Positions 31,215 to 40,698 are shown, numbered from the stretch's first letter. The stretch is 64,000 bases of DNA from an uncultured delta proteobacterium (GCA_963760795.1 CAVXEP010000018.1:1-64000); one strand, 5' to 3'. A program made the numbers and translations. The notes: generated from the sequence alone by a model not told the origin.

Positions 31215-31420
31215 CTATGCCGGCGATCCGCTACTCATCAAGACGTCTTCGATCTCAATGTCCTGCTTAGGCAGAAATGGCTTGGCAAAACTGACGAACG
31301 GCGGCCCGCTCGGCGAAAATCCACCGGTGGCAACGAGTAACTTCTCTGCCGCGTGGCCGGAGAGACTCGTCAGCAATGCAATCGCTAACGAGCATGCGTC
31401 CGATCCGATTTTGATCCGAA
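31215..31420 (-). pseudogene. Remnant of the 5' end of an ABC substrate-binding protein gene
   Basis: Signal-like segment then AEKLLVATGGFSP...IEIEDVLMSSGS, ending abruptly near a nonamer repeat. Confidence 0.45.
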
Positions 31421-31784
31421 TAGTCATTACTCCAGCACTCCAATACTCCAGTTGACCCACTCCCCCGTTTCTACCCGGTTTTCCAATTCATTGTCCAGCC
31501 GCAAAAGGAGTCTATTGTCAGGCATCTAGAGTTCTGCGTTACACCATCCGTCATACCGTTGAAGAACGGTATCCAGGTGGTTGGCGGGTCCGGATTCCGG
31601 CATGCGCCAAAATGACGGAAAGTAGAGTCCAGTAACAGTCACCGAGTTCAGAACCTCTCGGTTCAGAGCCTATGGTAATTAAGTTCGGAAGAATTACGCT
31701 AGATCCTAGCGCCAAACCATTTGACTTGACCGTCAATTGCGCGTTAATCGAAAGGGAAAGCGCCGCTTACAGGAGAAGATAACT

Positions 31785-33141
31785 ATGAGCCAATGGCAAC
31801 CACCCGAATTCATCGCCCGCGAACAGTGCATCAAAGACACCGAAGAGGTCTTGGGCCTGCCCGACATCCCGATCACCAGCAGCGAGGATATTTTTCGCAT
31901 CAACGTGCTCGGCATGGATTGGGACATGGGCATGGTCGTGCACCAACCGGCGGACCCGAGCAAAATCCCCACCGGCGCCGACGGCAAGAAGATCGGCTTT
32001 TTTCTCTTGCATGGCGGCTCGAGCGACTTCAAAGGCATCGAGCGCCACGCCAAGCTGCTCGCCAGCAAGTACGGCTGCCGGGTCGTCGCCGGCACATTTC
32101 CCGGACGATTCTATTTTCCCGATCCGAGCCGCGACTGGCCCGACGACACGATTCACGCCGACGGCACCGTGCGCACGCCGATCTGGAAACAAGGCGAGCT
32201 GATCGGGCCGGATCAGTACGAAGTCGTCAAAGATCCCAGCAAGCGCAACCGCTACGGTACCCGCACGGTGGCGAAGGCCAAAGCGGAAACGACTTTCTGG
32301 TATCGCATGGCCGCCTGGCCGGCAGCCTTCGAGGCAGGCATGATCGAAGCCTGCAAGCGCCATTTTCCCGTCGGCGAATTTTCCATCTACGGCCAGGGTC
32401 ATTCCACCGGCGGCCCATTCATCTGCATGCTCTCACAACGCGTCGAGAATATGGCCGGCGTCTGCGCAACGGAAAATTCGCCCTTCGGTTATCTCTGCTC
32501 CGGCCGCGATGTCTGGGGCGGCGAGATGGGCAAGATCACCGGTTACGAGAAACCGGAGAAGCAAGGCAAACCGCGCAGCGATCCCATTCGACGAACTTTA
32601 CATACGCACCTGGCGCGACCTCGCCCGCTATCAAGGGCCGGAAGCACTCGGCCAGGAAGGACCGAGCGCCTTGATGCGCCTGCCGGCGATCATGGAAGAC
32701 GTCCTCGACGCCTGGGAGCGCGCGAAAAACCGTCCGCAGTTCAAAGCGGAGTATCTCGTCACCCACGCCATCACCGGCTCGTTAGCCGAAGGCGCGAGAG
32801 TCAGCGCGGCGCGATTGAAAATGAATAAAGACGAAACCGAAGCGCTGGTACAACGGTTCATCGGCTACACACGAGAAATGTCGGGACCAAACGTCAAACC
32901 GGTACCGCCGTTCCTGTTCGAGATCTCCAAAGACAGCCGCGACCACAGCCCCGAAGTCTACAACGAAGTGATCATCCCCGGCTTCCGTGCCATGAAGCCC
33001 GCACCTAAAACCGGCATCACCCGCTTCGGTGCCGGCGTCCACAGCTTCTGGAAACCGGAAAAAGATTTGCCGGCGGGCATCGTGCCGTCGGTGATCAAGA
33101 GTTGGAAAGAGGCGGTGGTGGGCGGATATTTCGTCGCGTAG
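31785..33141 (+). CDS. Hypothetical alpha/beta-hydrolase-like protein, frameshift at ~32585
   Basis: LLHGG, GHSTGG nucleophile elbow, late GVHSF His; GGAG RBS. Confidence 0.7.
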
Positions 33142-33199
33142 AAATCACCGGCGGTGAATGGCCGATTCTATGAGAGCGAGCTTGATTGTCATCTCGCCG

Positions 33200-33514
33200 C
33201 TAAAAGTCCAGAGCGAATTGCAAACTCGCATACACCTGTTGCATCTTGCCGGCGCTTAGCGTCGTGATCAGCGAACCGATCTTTCCTTTGGAAACCGTCT
33301 GGAGATGGTCGAGATTGACGGCGCAATCTCTCGGCACACCGTCTGTTTTCGTCAGCAACACTTCCGAGGGGATGTCTCGAATCGTCGATGTGATCGGAGC
33401 AACCGTGACCTCACCGAGAAATTCCAGCGCAGAATTCCGGGTCAGAATCAGAACCGGCCGTTCCTTGTCCGGCCGAGAAAACACGTACCATCGAACCTCG
33501 CCTCGTTTCATCAA
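33200..33514 (-). CDS. mazF: PemK/MazF-family toxin
   Basis: RGEV.W...KERPVLILTR...VTVAPITSTIR...VNLDHLQTV. Confidence 0.92.
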   Translation of the reverse strand: MMKRGEVRWYVFSRPDKERPVLILTRNSALEFLGEVTVAPITSTIRDIPSEVLLTKTDGVPRDCAVNLDHLQTVSKGKIGSLITTLSAGKMQQVYASLQFALDF

Positions 33515-33750
33515 TCACCCCAAACTTGCTCCGACTCCCAGCCACTAAATTCGCCGCGCTTAACCGGCTTGCGCTTGTAACCCGCGCGGTGCTTGGACTC
33601 CATGCTCTTCGTCCGAAACCCTTTAAGAGCTGATCGCAAGGCTTCGCGTGCAAAGATCGATCGAGTTGTTCCAAGTTTCTTCGCGGCGCTGTCAACGGCC
33701 TTTACCAGGTTCTCATTTAGGGTAATTTGCACTGTCTTCATATGGGACAC
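33511..33750 (-). CDS. Ribbon-helix-helix antitoxin
   Basis: KTVQITL..LVKAVD...TTRS.FAREAL; 4-bp overlap with the toxin gene. Confidence 0.88.
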   Translation of the reverse strand: MSHMKTVQITLNENLVKAVDSAAKKLGTTRSIFAREALRSALKGFRTKSMESKHRAGYKRKPVKRGEFSGWESEQVWGD

Positions 33751-33804
33751 TCCAATTCGCTATATTCCATAATAGTCCACATCAGCGTGTGCACTCAAGC
33801 CTGT

Positions 33805-34158
33805 AGTGATCCTCCCCAGCTTCCGTGCCATGAAACCCGCGCCCAAAATAGGCATCACCCGCTTCGGCCCCGGCGCGCACAGCTTCTGGAAACCAGAGAA
33901 AAAGTTACCGGCCGGCATCGTGCCGTCGGTGAATAAGAGTTGGAAAGAGGCGGTGGTGGGCGGATATTTCGTCGCGTAGAAATCACCGGCGGTGTTTGGC
34001 TGATCCTATGCGAGTTTGAATGCTATCCCGCCGTTAAAGACCCAGAGTGACTTGCAAACTCGTATGCACGCCTTCGTCAGCAATACCTCAGAGTGGATGT
34101 CTCGAATCGTCGATGTAATCGGAGCATGCGGACCTCAGCGGGTAGTTCCAGCGCAAAC
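33805..34158. repeat. Diverged duplicate of 32967-33435 (gene 3' end plus internally deleted mazF remnant)
   Basis: Offset 838 bp; about 19 mismatches over the first ~190 nt by hand; 33935-33994 identical to 33097-33156. Confidence 0.92.
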
Positions 34159-34260
34159 TTGTAAATCAGCGCCGGAAAGCTGAACGCGTTTTGTTGATAG
34201 TTGGTTTCTTCTCTGGATGAGAACTGTCAATCAGCATCCGTTTATGATTCCTTCATTCAA

Positions 34261-34833
34261 TTAATAAAAAAACCCGCCGTAACGATTTTCTATTCTATGT
34301 GTGCTTTGTCCGCCAGAGGCGAACGCCAAAGGAAACTTTAGAGCCTTACTCTTAAAAAGAGTGTCATTGCCCACTCGCTTTGCAGTGACGGCTGCGTGAA
34401 GAAATTCAATGAGTTCCTCGGTATCTTTTAACGCCCGGTCGGCATTCTCGCGATTCACCATTTTGTAGATCTGTAGGTCCCTAAACATATCCGGGTCCTT
34501 GCCTTTTCCCACGTCCATTTCAAACGCGTATGCATCCAGCTTTCCGTGCGCTAGGAAATCCCTCAACCTGCCAAGGTTTCTTATAGTCTGATATGGCCTT
34601 CTACCATGATCGACTTCAATTCCGATCTTTTCGCATATGCTTCGTAGCTTGCCCTGAGTTCCTTTGTACGGTGCTTTGCTGAAGAACTCTCTTTCGTCTT
34701 TCCACGACTCCGCATCGATCCGCGGGCCAACAAGATTCAAGTAAGCCTCGTATGCAAAGTATGCCATCAACATTCCCGACGTAGCAAAATACCCATCAAC
34801 ACGTGATTTGGTCTCTGTTTGGGACAATAGCAC
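34261..34833 (-). CDS. Hypothetical protein with RxxxxH (HEPN-like) motif; reading frame stays open to ~34900
   Basis: FAYEAYLN and LRDFLAH motifs; lower GC. Confidence 0.7.
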   Translation of the reverse strand: MLLSQTETKSRVDGYFATSGMLMAYFAYEAYLNLVGPRIDAESWKDEREFFSKAPYKGTQGKLRSICEKIGIEVDHGRRPYQTIRNLGRLRDFLAHGKLDAYAFEMDVGKGKDPDMFRDLQIYKMVNRENADRALKDTEELIEFLHAAVTAKRVGNDTLFKSKALKFPLAFASGGQSTHRIENRYGGFFY

Positions 34834-35139
34834 TTCGGCGCAATTCCAAAGATGCTGATGAGTAAAGCCTTGTCCCGCAATCTCATAGATCGTGATAGTA
34901 AATCACACCTAGTTAACGTTGGTTAGATCGATGTTAGTCAACATACTAAGTCACGAATTTGGCATCGGTTTCACATAGGGTCCGGGACACCCCTACTACT
35001 GTCATCAACTCGACTTGCCCTTGCTCCAGCCCTCGTATTCTTTCCAGCTGGCATGGCGCAATCGATCAGCCAATGCTTCTTTCCGATGTGTCAAAACAAA
35101 AGGGCAAGTTTTCACACCCGTGCCGACACGTCCCAAATC

Positions 35140-35268
35140 TTTTTGCGTCCTTTGCGTTCTTTGCGGCCAATCCTAACCCTTCATCCGAAACAACCGCATC
35201 GCGTTGCCCCCAAGAATCTTCTCTTTGTCTACTTCTGATATCCTCTTCATCGCCATGATCGGTGCTAT
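35140..35268 (-). repeat. Diverged duplicate of the 3' end (31 codons plus stop) and downstream REP of the amidohydrolase at 37229-38332
   Basis: IAPIMAMKRISEVDKEKILGGNAMRLFRMKG* versus IAPIKAMKGISEEDKEKILGGNAMRLFGMKS*. Confidence 0.9.
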
Positions 35269-35316
35269 TGGCCCGACTCAGGCACCACCTTGCGCGCCCA
35301 TGCCTGTAATTTCCCC

Positions 35317-36156
35317 TTAAGCAGTGGAAACCGCGGGCTCAACCGCGGATGCCTCTCGTGGAATTTCCTCGGTCAGTTCCTGAGCCGATACGAATTTCTT
35401 TTTTAAAGTCGCCGCTCCGATGATAGTCGCGAATGGCACATCGGCAGCGTCGCGGCCCATGCCGATGCGTACGAGTCCTGCCAGCGGGGCCAGTCGCGTG
35501 GCATCGAACAGGTACCAGTGATTTCCCAGATAGGCTTCGAAAAAGCCATGAAAGTCAGGCGGATCGAGGGCAACGGCGTAACCTGAAACGTAGCGCGCCG
35601 GAATGCAGAGCGCCCGGCACAAGGCGATCGCCAGATGGGCGTAATCGCGGCACACACCGGAGCGTAGGATGAGCACGTCACAGGCACCGGTCGAAGCGTT
35701 GGTAATGCCGGGTAGATAGTTCAGATGGTCGTACGTCCATTGACAAATGGCAGCGACACGAGAATAACCGCGATCCAAGCGGCCGAACTCCGCCATGGCG
35801 AAATTAGCCAGCCGATCCGACTCACAGTAGCGACTGGGATTGAGATAGGGCAGCACCTCCTCAGGCAATTCTGGATGGTCGATCTCGGGAATTTGCGGCG
35901 GGCTATCGACTGCGGGGTTCAAACTAACGCTCGCCTGATAATGAAGCGTCAGCTCGCCGGGCATGGTCTGGAGGCGAAACACGCGATTGTCCTCAGCGCC
36001 GAGAGAGCAAATGTCGTATTCCTTGGCGGGCTCGACACGAACGTCTTCATGGTGCACCGCCTGATGCTGCGTGTTCGCCGCCGTGACATGAAATAAGAAA
36101 CTGGTCGGCGCTGTGACTTGATATTGCAATTCACAGCCCACTCTAATTAACGACAT
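35317..36156 (-). CDS. Transglutaminase-like protein
   Basis: YLNPSRYCESD, GVCRDYAH, PARYVSGY, DFHGFFE, WYLFD (Cys-His-Asp triad). Confidence 0.92.
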   Translation of the reverse strand: MSLIRVGCELQYQVTAPTSFLFHVTAANTQHQAVHHEDVRVEPAKEYDICSLGAEDNRVFRLQTMPGELTLHYQASVSLNPAVDSPPQIPEIDHPELPEEVLPYLNPSRYCESDRLANFAMAEFGRLDRGYSRVAAICQWTYDHLNYLPGITNASTGACDVLILRSGVCRDYAHLAIALCRALCIPARYVSGYAVALDPPDFHGFFEAYLGNHWYLFDATRLAPLAGLVRIGMGRDAADVPFATIIGAATLKKKFVSAQELTEEIPREASAVEPAVSTA

Positions 36157-36179
36157 GATTGTACCTTAGTCTGATTTCG

Positions 36180-36905
36180 TTAACGAACATTTGATAAAAG
36201 TGATTTCGCCCAATCCATCGGAAACTCACCTAGAGCGACGCCCAAGCGCTGTTGCCACCACGCAGCGGCGGACGCCAGCGCCGGTTCATCGAAGCGCTGT
36301 TGATGAAGCGAGCGGGTTGACGGATCAAAAACAATAACGTCAATCGGGAAAGCAACATCGATAACACTCGTGCGAGTCGCATCGAAGGCAAGATAAGCCA
36401 ACCCCAAAGCCTGGGTGATCGGGGTGCCGACGGCCAGCAACCGGTCTAGGATCGGCCTGCCATATAGCGTGCGACCGAGGATAAAATAAGGCGAGTCCGA
36501 GGTCGCTTCGATCCAATTGCCTTCCGGATAAATATAAAACAGTGTGGGGGTTGGATCACCGTCGAGCTGCCCGCCAATGATCGCGTGCAGATTAAAACTT
36601 AAGCCACCTTGGGCGAGCGCCGCCTCGTCTTCCTGACGGACTCTGCGCAACTGTTCGCCAAACGACTGGGCGACCTGATAGAGGCGTTCAAAACCTAGGG
36701 CTTCTTCAGCGAGTTTCTCTTCAAGATAAATTACGGTCTTGTCGCGCACCGAGCGCAACCCCGAGGTCATAATAAAAAGCTGCTGCGCACGATGGCGTAC
36801 CAGCGCGAGTTTACCCTTGCTGAGCCGTTCGCCTCCTTTAACGATCTGCGTGTCGGCCAGCGCGACCAAACCCTGCTCAACTTTAATCCCCACGCAAAAT
36901 GTCAT
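36180..36905 (-). CDS. Proteasome-type protease (Anbu-like Ntn hydrolase)
   Basis: N-terminal MTFCVG, IIGGQ, IYPEGNWIEA, YGRPILDR. Confidence 0.88.
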   Translation of the reverse strand: MTFCVGIKVEQGLVALADTQIVKGGERLSKGKLALVRHRAQQLFIMTSGLRSVRDKTVIYLEEKLAEEALGFERLYQVAQSFGEQLRRVRQEDEAALAQGGLSFNLHAIIGGQLDGDPTPTLFYIYPEGNWIEATSDSPYFILGRTLYGRPILDRLLAVGTPITQALGLAYLAFDATRTSVIDVAFPIDVIVFDPSTRSLHQQRFDEPALASAAAWWQQRLGVALGEFPMDWAKSLLSNVR

Positions 36906-37020
36906 TGTTGCCAATCGACTAGAGTGCCGATCGCGACCGGCAAGCTTATCCGATAATCTTAATAGATTGCAGACGTTATACAAGGAGGAGATCTAGAGCC
37001 CGCACTTATTGCGGTGTCTG

Positions 37021-37132
37021 GGCTCCGGCCGCGGTACACCAGCACATCGAATAAGTAATACCGAATCCCCGATGCCCTTGCGCGGTGATACTGCAGCAGC
37101 TTGAACGAGTTCTGACCGTCATCGTCGAGCGC
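37021..37132 (-). pseudogene. Fragment resembling an ATP-dependent DNA ligase (LigD ligase domain)
   Basis: Hand translation ALDDDGQNSFKLLQ...IRYYLFDVLVYRGRS resembles the ligase motif III/IIIa region. Confidence 0.55.
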
Positions 37133-37228
37133 GCCGCAACTTTGTAGCGCTTTGCAAGTCTAGAATCTTGCTTTAGAGAAGCCTTGCGCTATCAACTTTG
37201 CGCCCTATGCGTTCTTTGCGGCCAATTC

Positions 37229-38332
37229 CTAACTCTTCATCCCAAACAACCGCATTGCATTGCCGCCTAAAATCTTCTCCTTATCTTCCTCCGATATCCC
37301 CTTCATCGCCTTGATCGGCGCGATCGTATTCGGCCAGGTGGAAATCGCGTCGCCGTGGTCGAAGTCGCTGCCGATAATGATGTTGTGGTTGGGCCAGACT
37401 TCGACGATCTGCGGCAGGTAATCCTCCCAGGCGATGGCGGCGATGTAGAGCTGATCGAAATAATCGCTCGGTGCGCGTTTGAGTTTGTCGCGCTTGCGGA
37501 AAAAGTCGTTCACCGAAGTCGTGCCCGGCGACGCGGATAGGGTGTGGTGGTTGAGGGTCTTCATCAGCCAGGGCACCCAGCCGATGCCGCCTTCGAAAAA
37601 TGAGATACGCAGATCGGGAAAGCGGTCGAGCACGCCGCTCATGATCAAGCGCGCCGCGCTGACCATGTAGGTCAAAGGAAATCCGAGAGCCGTCGCGAGC
37701 ATCTTGAAGCCATCGTAACGGTCGCTGCCGACCAGCCAGGGATGGCAATCCTGCGCTTCGAAGACGCGCGTACCGGGATGAACCAGGATCGGCACATCGA
37801 GCTTGCAGACCTCTTCGTAAAACGGCCACAGCACCTCGGCATCGAGATCGCAATTAGCGTGGCCGCCCATGAGCTTCACGCCCTTGAAACCTAACTCTTT
37901 GACCGCGCGGCGCAGTTCGCGGATCGACTCGTCGACATCAGGCAAGTAAACCCAGGCGATGCCGAGAAAGCGCTCGCGTCCGGCGATATCTTCGGCCACC
38001 GTGTCGTTGTAGGCGCGCGCCATGGCCACGCCGAGATCGCGATCCACTTCGTAGATCAGCGGCCGGTTATCGGCGATCACCACTTGGTAGTCGAAACCTT
38101 CGCGCACCATGACATCGTGGTGCATGTCGAGATTCCAACGGGTCTCGCTGAACGAGTGAATCTTCTTGCCGTCGCGAAAGTAAGTCGCCGCATCGCCGGG
38201 AAAGTCGACGCCGAAGCGGCTCACCGCGCCGGTGCCTTTTTGGAATTCGATATGGCCGCGCCCCGGATGATCTACCTTGTCGATAAAACGCACCGGCCAG
38301 TAATGAGTATCGCCGTCAATGTACATCATCAC
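37229..38332 (-). CDS. Amidohydrolase_2 family protein
   Basis: IDGDTH, LVHP, FFEGG, GSDFDH, ILGGNA. Confidence 0.9.
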   Translation of the reverse strand: MMMYIDGDTHYWPVRFIDKVDHPGRGHIEFQKGTGAVSRFGVDFPGDAATYFRDGKKIHSFSETRWNLDMHHDVMVREGFDYQVVIADNRPLIYEVDRDLGVAMARAYNDTVAEDIAGRERFLGIAWVYLPDVDESIRELRRAVKELGFKGVKLMGGHANCDLDAEVLWPFYEEVCKLDVPILVHPGTRVFEAQDCHPWLVGSDRYDGFKMLATALGFPLTYMVSAARLIMSGVLDRFPDLRISFFEGGIGWVPWLMKTLNHHTLSASPGTTSVNDFFRKRDKLKRAPSDYFDQLYIAAIAWEDYLPQIVEVWPNHNIIIGSDFDHGDAISTWPNTIAPIKAMKGISEEDKEKILGGNAMRLFGMKS

Positions 38333-38365
38333 ACCTCGTCGTAGTTTAATCGGAGTCGGAAATTA

Positions 38366-38475
38366 CTCCCGCAAAGACACAAAGTCGCCAAGTTCGTGCG
38401 GGAAATATTAAAATTCTTGCGAATGCATTTCACGCGAATTATCCGAACTTTGCGAGCTTAGCGTCTTTGCCGGAG
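38366..38475. repeat. Nonamer-based inverted repeat (CGCAAAG / CTTTGCG family)
   Basis: ctcccgcaaagacacaaagtcgccaagttcg ... cgaactttgcgagcttagcgtctttgccggag. Confidence 0.75.
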
Positions 38476-38600
38476 ATAATCCGAGATTCGTTGGTCGTGA
38501 TTCTATGGTTTGCTCGCCAAGAGATCAATAACGTTTGACCCACTTTAGTCGAACCGATACATTGGCTGGACTCAGAAACCTTCCGGAGCATAACAACCGA

Positions 38601-39851
38601 GTGAGCGAAGCTTCAGATCATTCCCATCCCGCTGACACCGTAATCCGCCCCTGGTCGTCCCTGCTGATCCGCGATTACCGCTTGATTTTCACGGCGATTC
38701 TTTGCGGCAACACCTCGAACCACATGCGCAGTGTGGCGACGCTGTACCACGTCTACCAACTGTCCGGCTCATCGGTGCAGCTAGGCTTCACCGGCTTCTT
38801 TCAAGCCGCGCCGTTTATTTTTTTCGGCCTGTTCGGCGGCGTGCTCGCCGACACGCTCAATCGCAAGAAACTGATCGCCATCACCCATAGCCTCAGCATT
38901 GTGCCGGGATTGCTGCTGGCGCTGCTAACCGTCAGCGGTTCTATTCAAGTCTGGCATATCAATGTTCTAATGGTGTTTGCCGGCTCCCTCCAGGTGCTCG
39001 GCGGTCCGGCGCGCCTGGCGATCATTCCGAGTTTGATACCGCAGTCCCATCTGCTCAATGCCGTGACCATGTCGACCTTGGTGATGCAGGGAACCCAGCT
39101 CACCGCGCCGGTGATCGCCGGCTTCATGATCGACTTCTACGGCCTCGCCGCTTCCTACATGGTCGACGCATTTTTGCCGCTGCCGTCGGTGCTCGCGGCG
39201 CTGCTGATTCGCGGTTCAGGAATACCGCAGGGGCAACGCCGGCAAATTGGCTGGCACAGCTTGATCGAAGGCGTCGAGTTTATCTGGCACACGCGGATCA
39301 TTCTGTCGCTCTTCGTGCTTGATTTTTTTGCCGTGCTGTTCGGTTTCTATCGGCCGATCCTGCCGATCTTCGCCGATGAAATTTACCATGTCGGCGCGCG
39401 CGGACTCGGCATGCTTTACGCCTCCCCGGCGATCGGCGCGCTGGTCGGTTCGGGCATCCTGCTCGCTTTCGGCGACGTCAAGCGCAAGGGCGCGCTTTCC
39501 GTCATCGCCACACTGTTCTTCGCTTTGAGCTTAGGTCTATTGGGATTGTCCCAATGGTTTTGGATGGGACTGATCGCCGTCGGGCTGCTCGGCATCAGCG
39601 ACGCCATCAGCGTCGCCATGCGCCGCACCGTCGTGCAGATCCTCGCGCCCGACGACATGCGCGGCCGCGCCACCAGTTTTCTCACCGTCTTCGCCCAGAC
39701 CACCAACGCCACCGGCGCGGTCATCGCCGGCGCCGGCGCCGCGCTCATCGGCGCCCCCAACGCCGCGCTGGTCGGCTGCGTGCTCTGCGCCCTTACCGTC
39801 GTTGGCACTTGCTGGGCGATCCCCCAGCTGTGGCACTATCGGTCGGAGTGA
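38601..39851 (+). CDS. MFS transporter (DHA3/EntS-like)
   Basis: About 12 transmembrane segments; GGVLADTLNRKK and PDDMRGRA motifs. Confidence 0.9.
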   Translation: MSEASDHSHPADTVIRPWSSLLIRDYRLIFTAILCGNTSNHMRSVATLYHVYQLSGSSVQLGFTGFFQAAPFIFFGLFGGVLADTLNRKKLIAITHSLSIVPGLLLALLTVSGSIQVWHINVLMVFAGSLQVLGGPARLAIIPSLIPQSHLLNAVTMSTLVMQGTQLTAPVIAGFMIDFYGLAASYMVDAFLPLPSVLAALLIRGSGIPQGQRRQIGWHSLIEGVEFIWHTRIILSLFVLDFFAVLFGFYRPILPIFADEIYHVGARGLGMLYASPAIGALVGSGILLAFGDVKRKGALSVIATLFFALSLGLLGLSQWFWMGLIAVGLLGISDAISVAMRRTVVQILAPDDMRGRATSFLTVFAQTTNATGAVIAGAGAALIGAPNAALVGCVLCALTVVGTCWAIPQLWHYRSE

Positions 39852-39880
39852 AGATCGTTTCGGGTCTAGAGAATCGGGGA

Positions 39881-40032
39881 ATCTCCCGCAAAGGCGCCAA
39901 GGCCGCAAAGGTGACGGGCGATGCCCGTCATCCCGAGAGAACACGAGGGATCTAAGAAAGATTTCTCCCAACGGTCGCAATGACAGTAAGGGCGATTCAT
40001 GAATCGCCCCTACCTTTGCGCCTTAGCGGGAG
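39881..40032. repeat. Nested REP-like composite
   Basis: Outer CGCAAAG/CTTTGCG inverted repeat enclosing a GTCATCCCGAG...AATGAC element and the palindrome GTAAGGGCGATTCATGAATCGCCCCTAC (39986-40013). Confidence 0.8.
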
Positions 40033-40047
40033 GAATATCCGAATCAC

Positions 40048-40488
40048 TTATTTTCCGACAATCTCTTCGTAGGTCGGTGTCGGCATGCCCGGCTTCCAGG
40101 TCGGATCGCAAAGTTCGAGCATGTTGCCGCTCGGATCGAGAAAGTACAATTCACGCCCGGTGAAGTGGCCCTTCTCACGATAGACCACTGCTTCGGCGAT
40201 CCTGACGCCCTTCTCATGCAACAGCTTGGCACCGCGATCCCACATGTCGGGGCTGACCATAAACGCATGGTGCAAGCGGTTGTCTTGCTGCGGTGTGCGG
40301 GTCAGCGACTCTTTTCGTTCGCAAAGCAGAATATCGTGGCTGCCGGCTTTGAAGCAGGACATTTTTGAGCCACCCAAACGGCCCTTCGACTCGAGACCGA
40401 GAATCTCGCCGTAAAATTTCTCCGATTCCTCCAAATTGTTCACCGGGATCGACCAGTGGACCACACCTTGAACTTGTAAATCAGCCAT
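40048..40488 (-). CDS. VOC/glyoxalase family protein
   Basis: HWSIPVNNLEESEKFY, HHAF, YFLDPSGNMLE. Confidence 0.9.
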   Translation of the reverse strand: MADLQVQGVVHWSIPVNNLEESEKFYGEILGLESKGRLGGSKMSCFKAGSHDILLCERKESLTRTPQQDNRLHHAFMVSPDMWDRGAKLLHEKGVRIAEAVVYREKGHFTGRELYFLDPSGNMLELCDPTWKPGMPTPTYEEIVGK

Positions 40489-40593
40489 CCGCACCTCCAG
40501 TTTTGTTTTGCGCATCAAACCATAGCACCGAGGAAAAACGCAACCGAGCCTGCTGGCTCACTACTTAAACGAACAAATCCCGACATTGATTTT

Positions 40594-40682
40594 GATCCCC
40601 CCTTTGAAAAGGGGGGAAGGGGGGATTTTCGTATACGCGCTAACTTCAAATCCCCCTCAGTCCCCCTTTTTCAAAGGGGGAT
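40594..40682. repeat. REP-like doublet CCCCCTTTGAAAAGGGGG / CCCCCTTTTTCAAAGGGGG
   Basis: Two hairpins arranged as an inverted pair. Confidence 0.85.
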
Positions 40683-40698
40683 GTTCTACGGCCTCGAA

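Noticed and set aside
26343-31455. Long plus-strand ORFs (26343-27635, 29719-31455)
   Set aside because: Antisense shadows of well-supported minus-strand genes in GC-rich DNA
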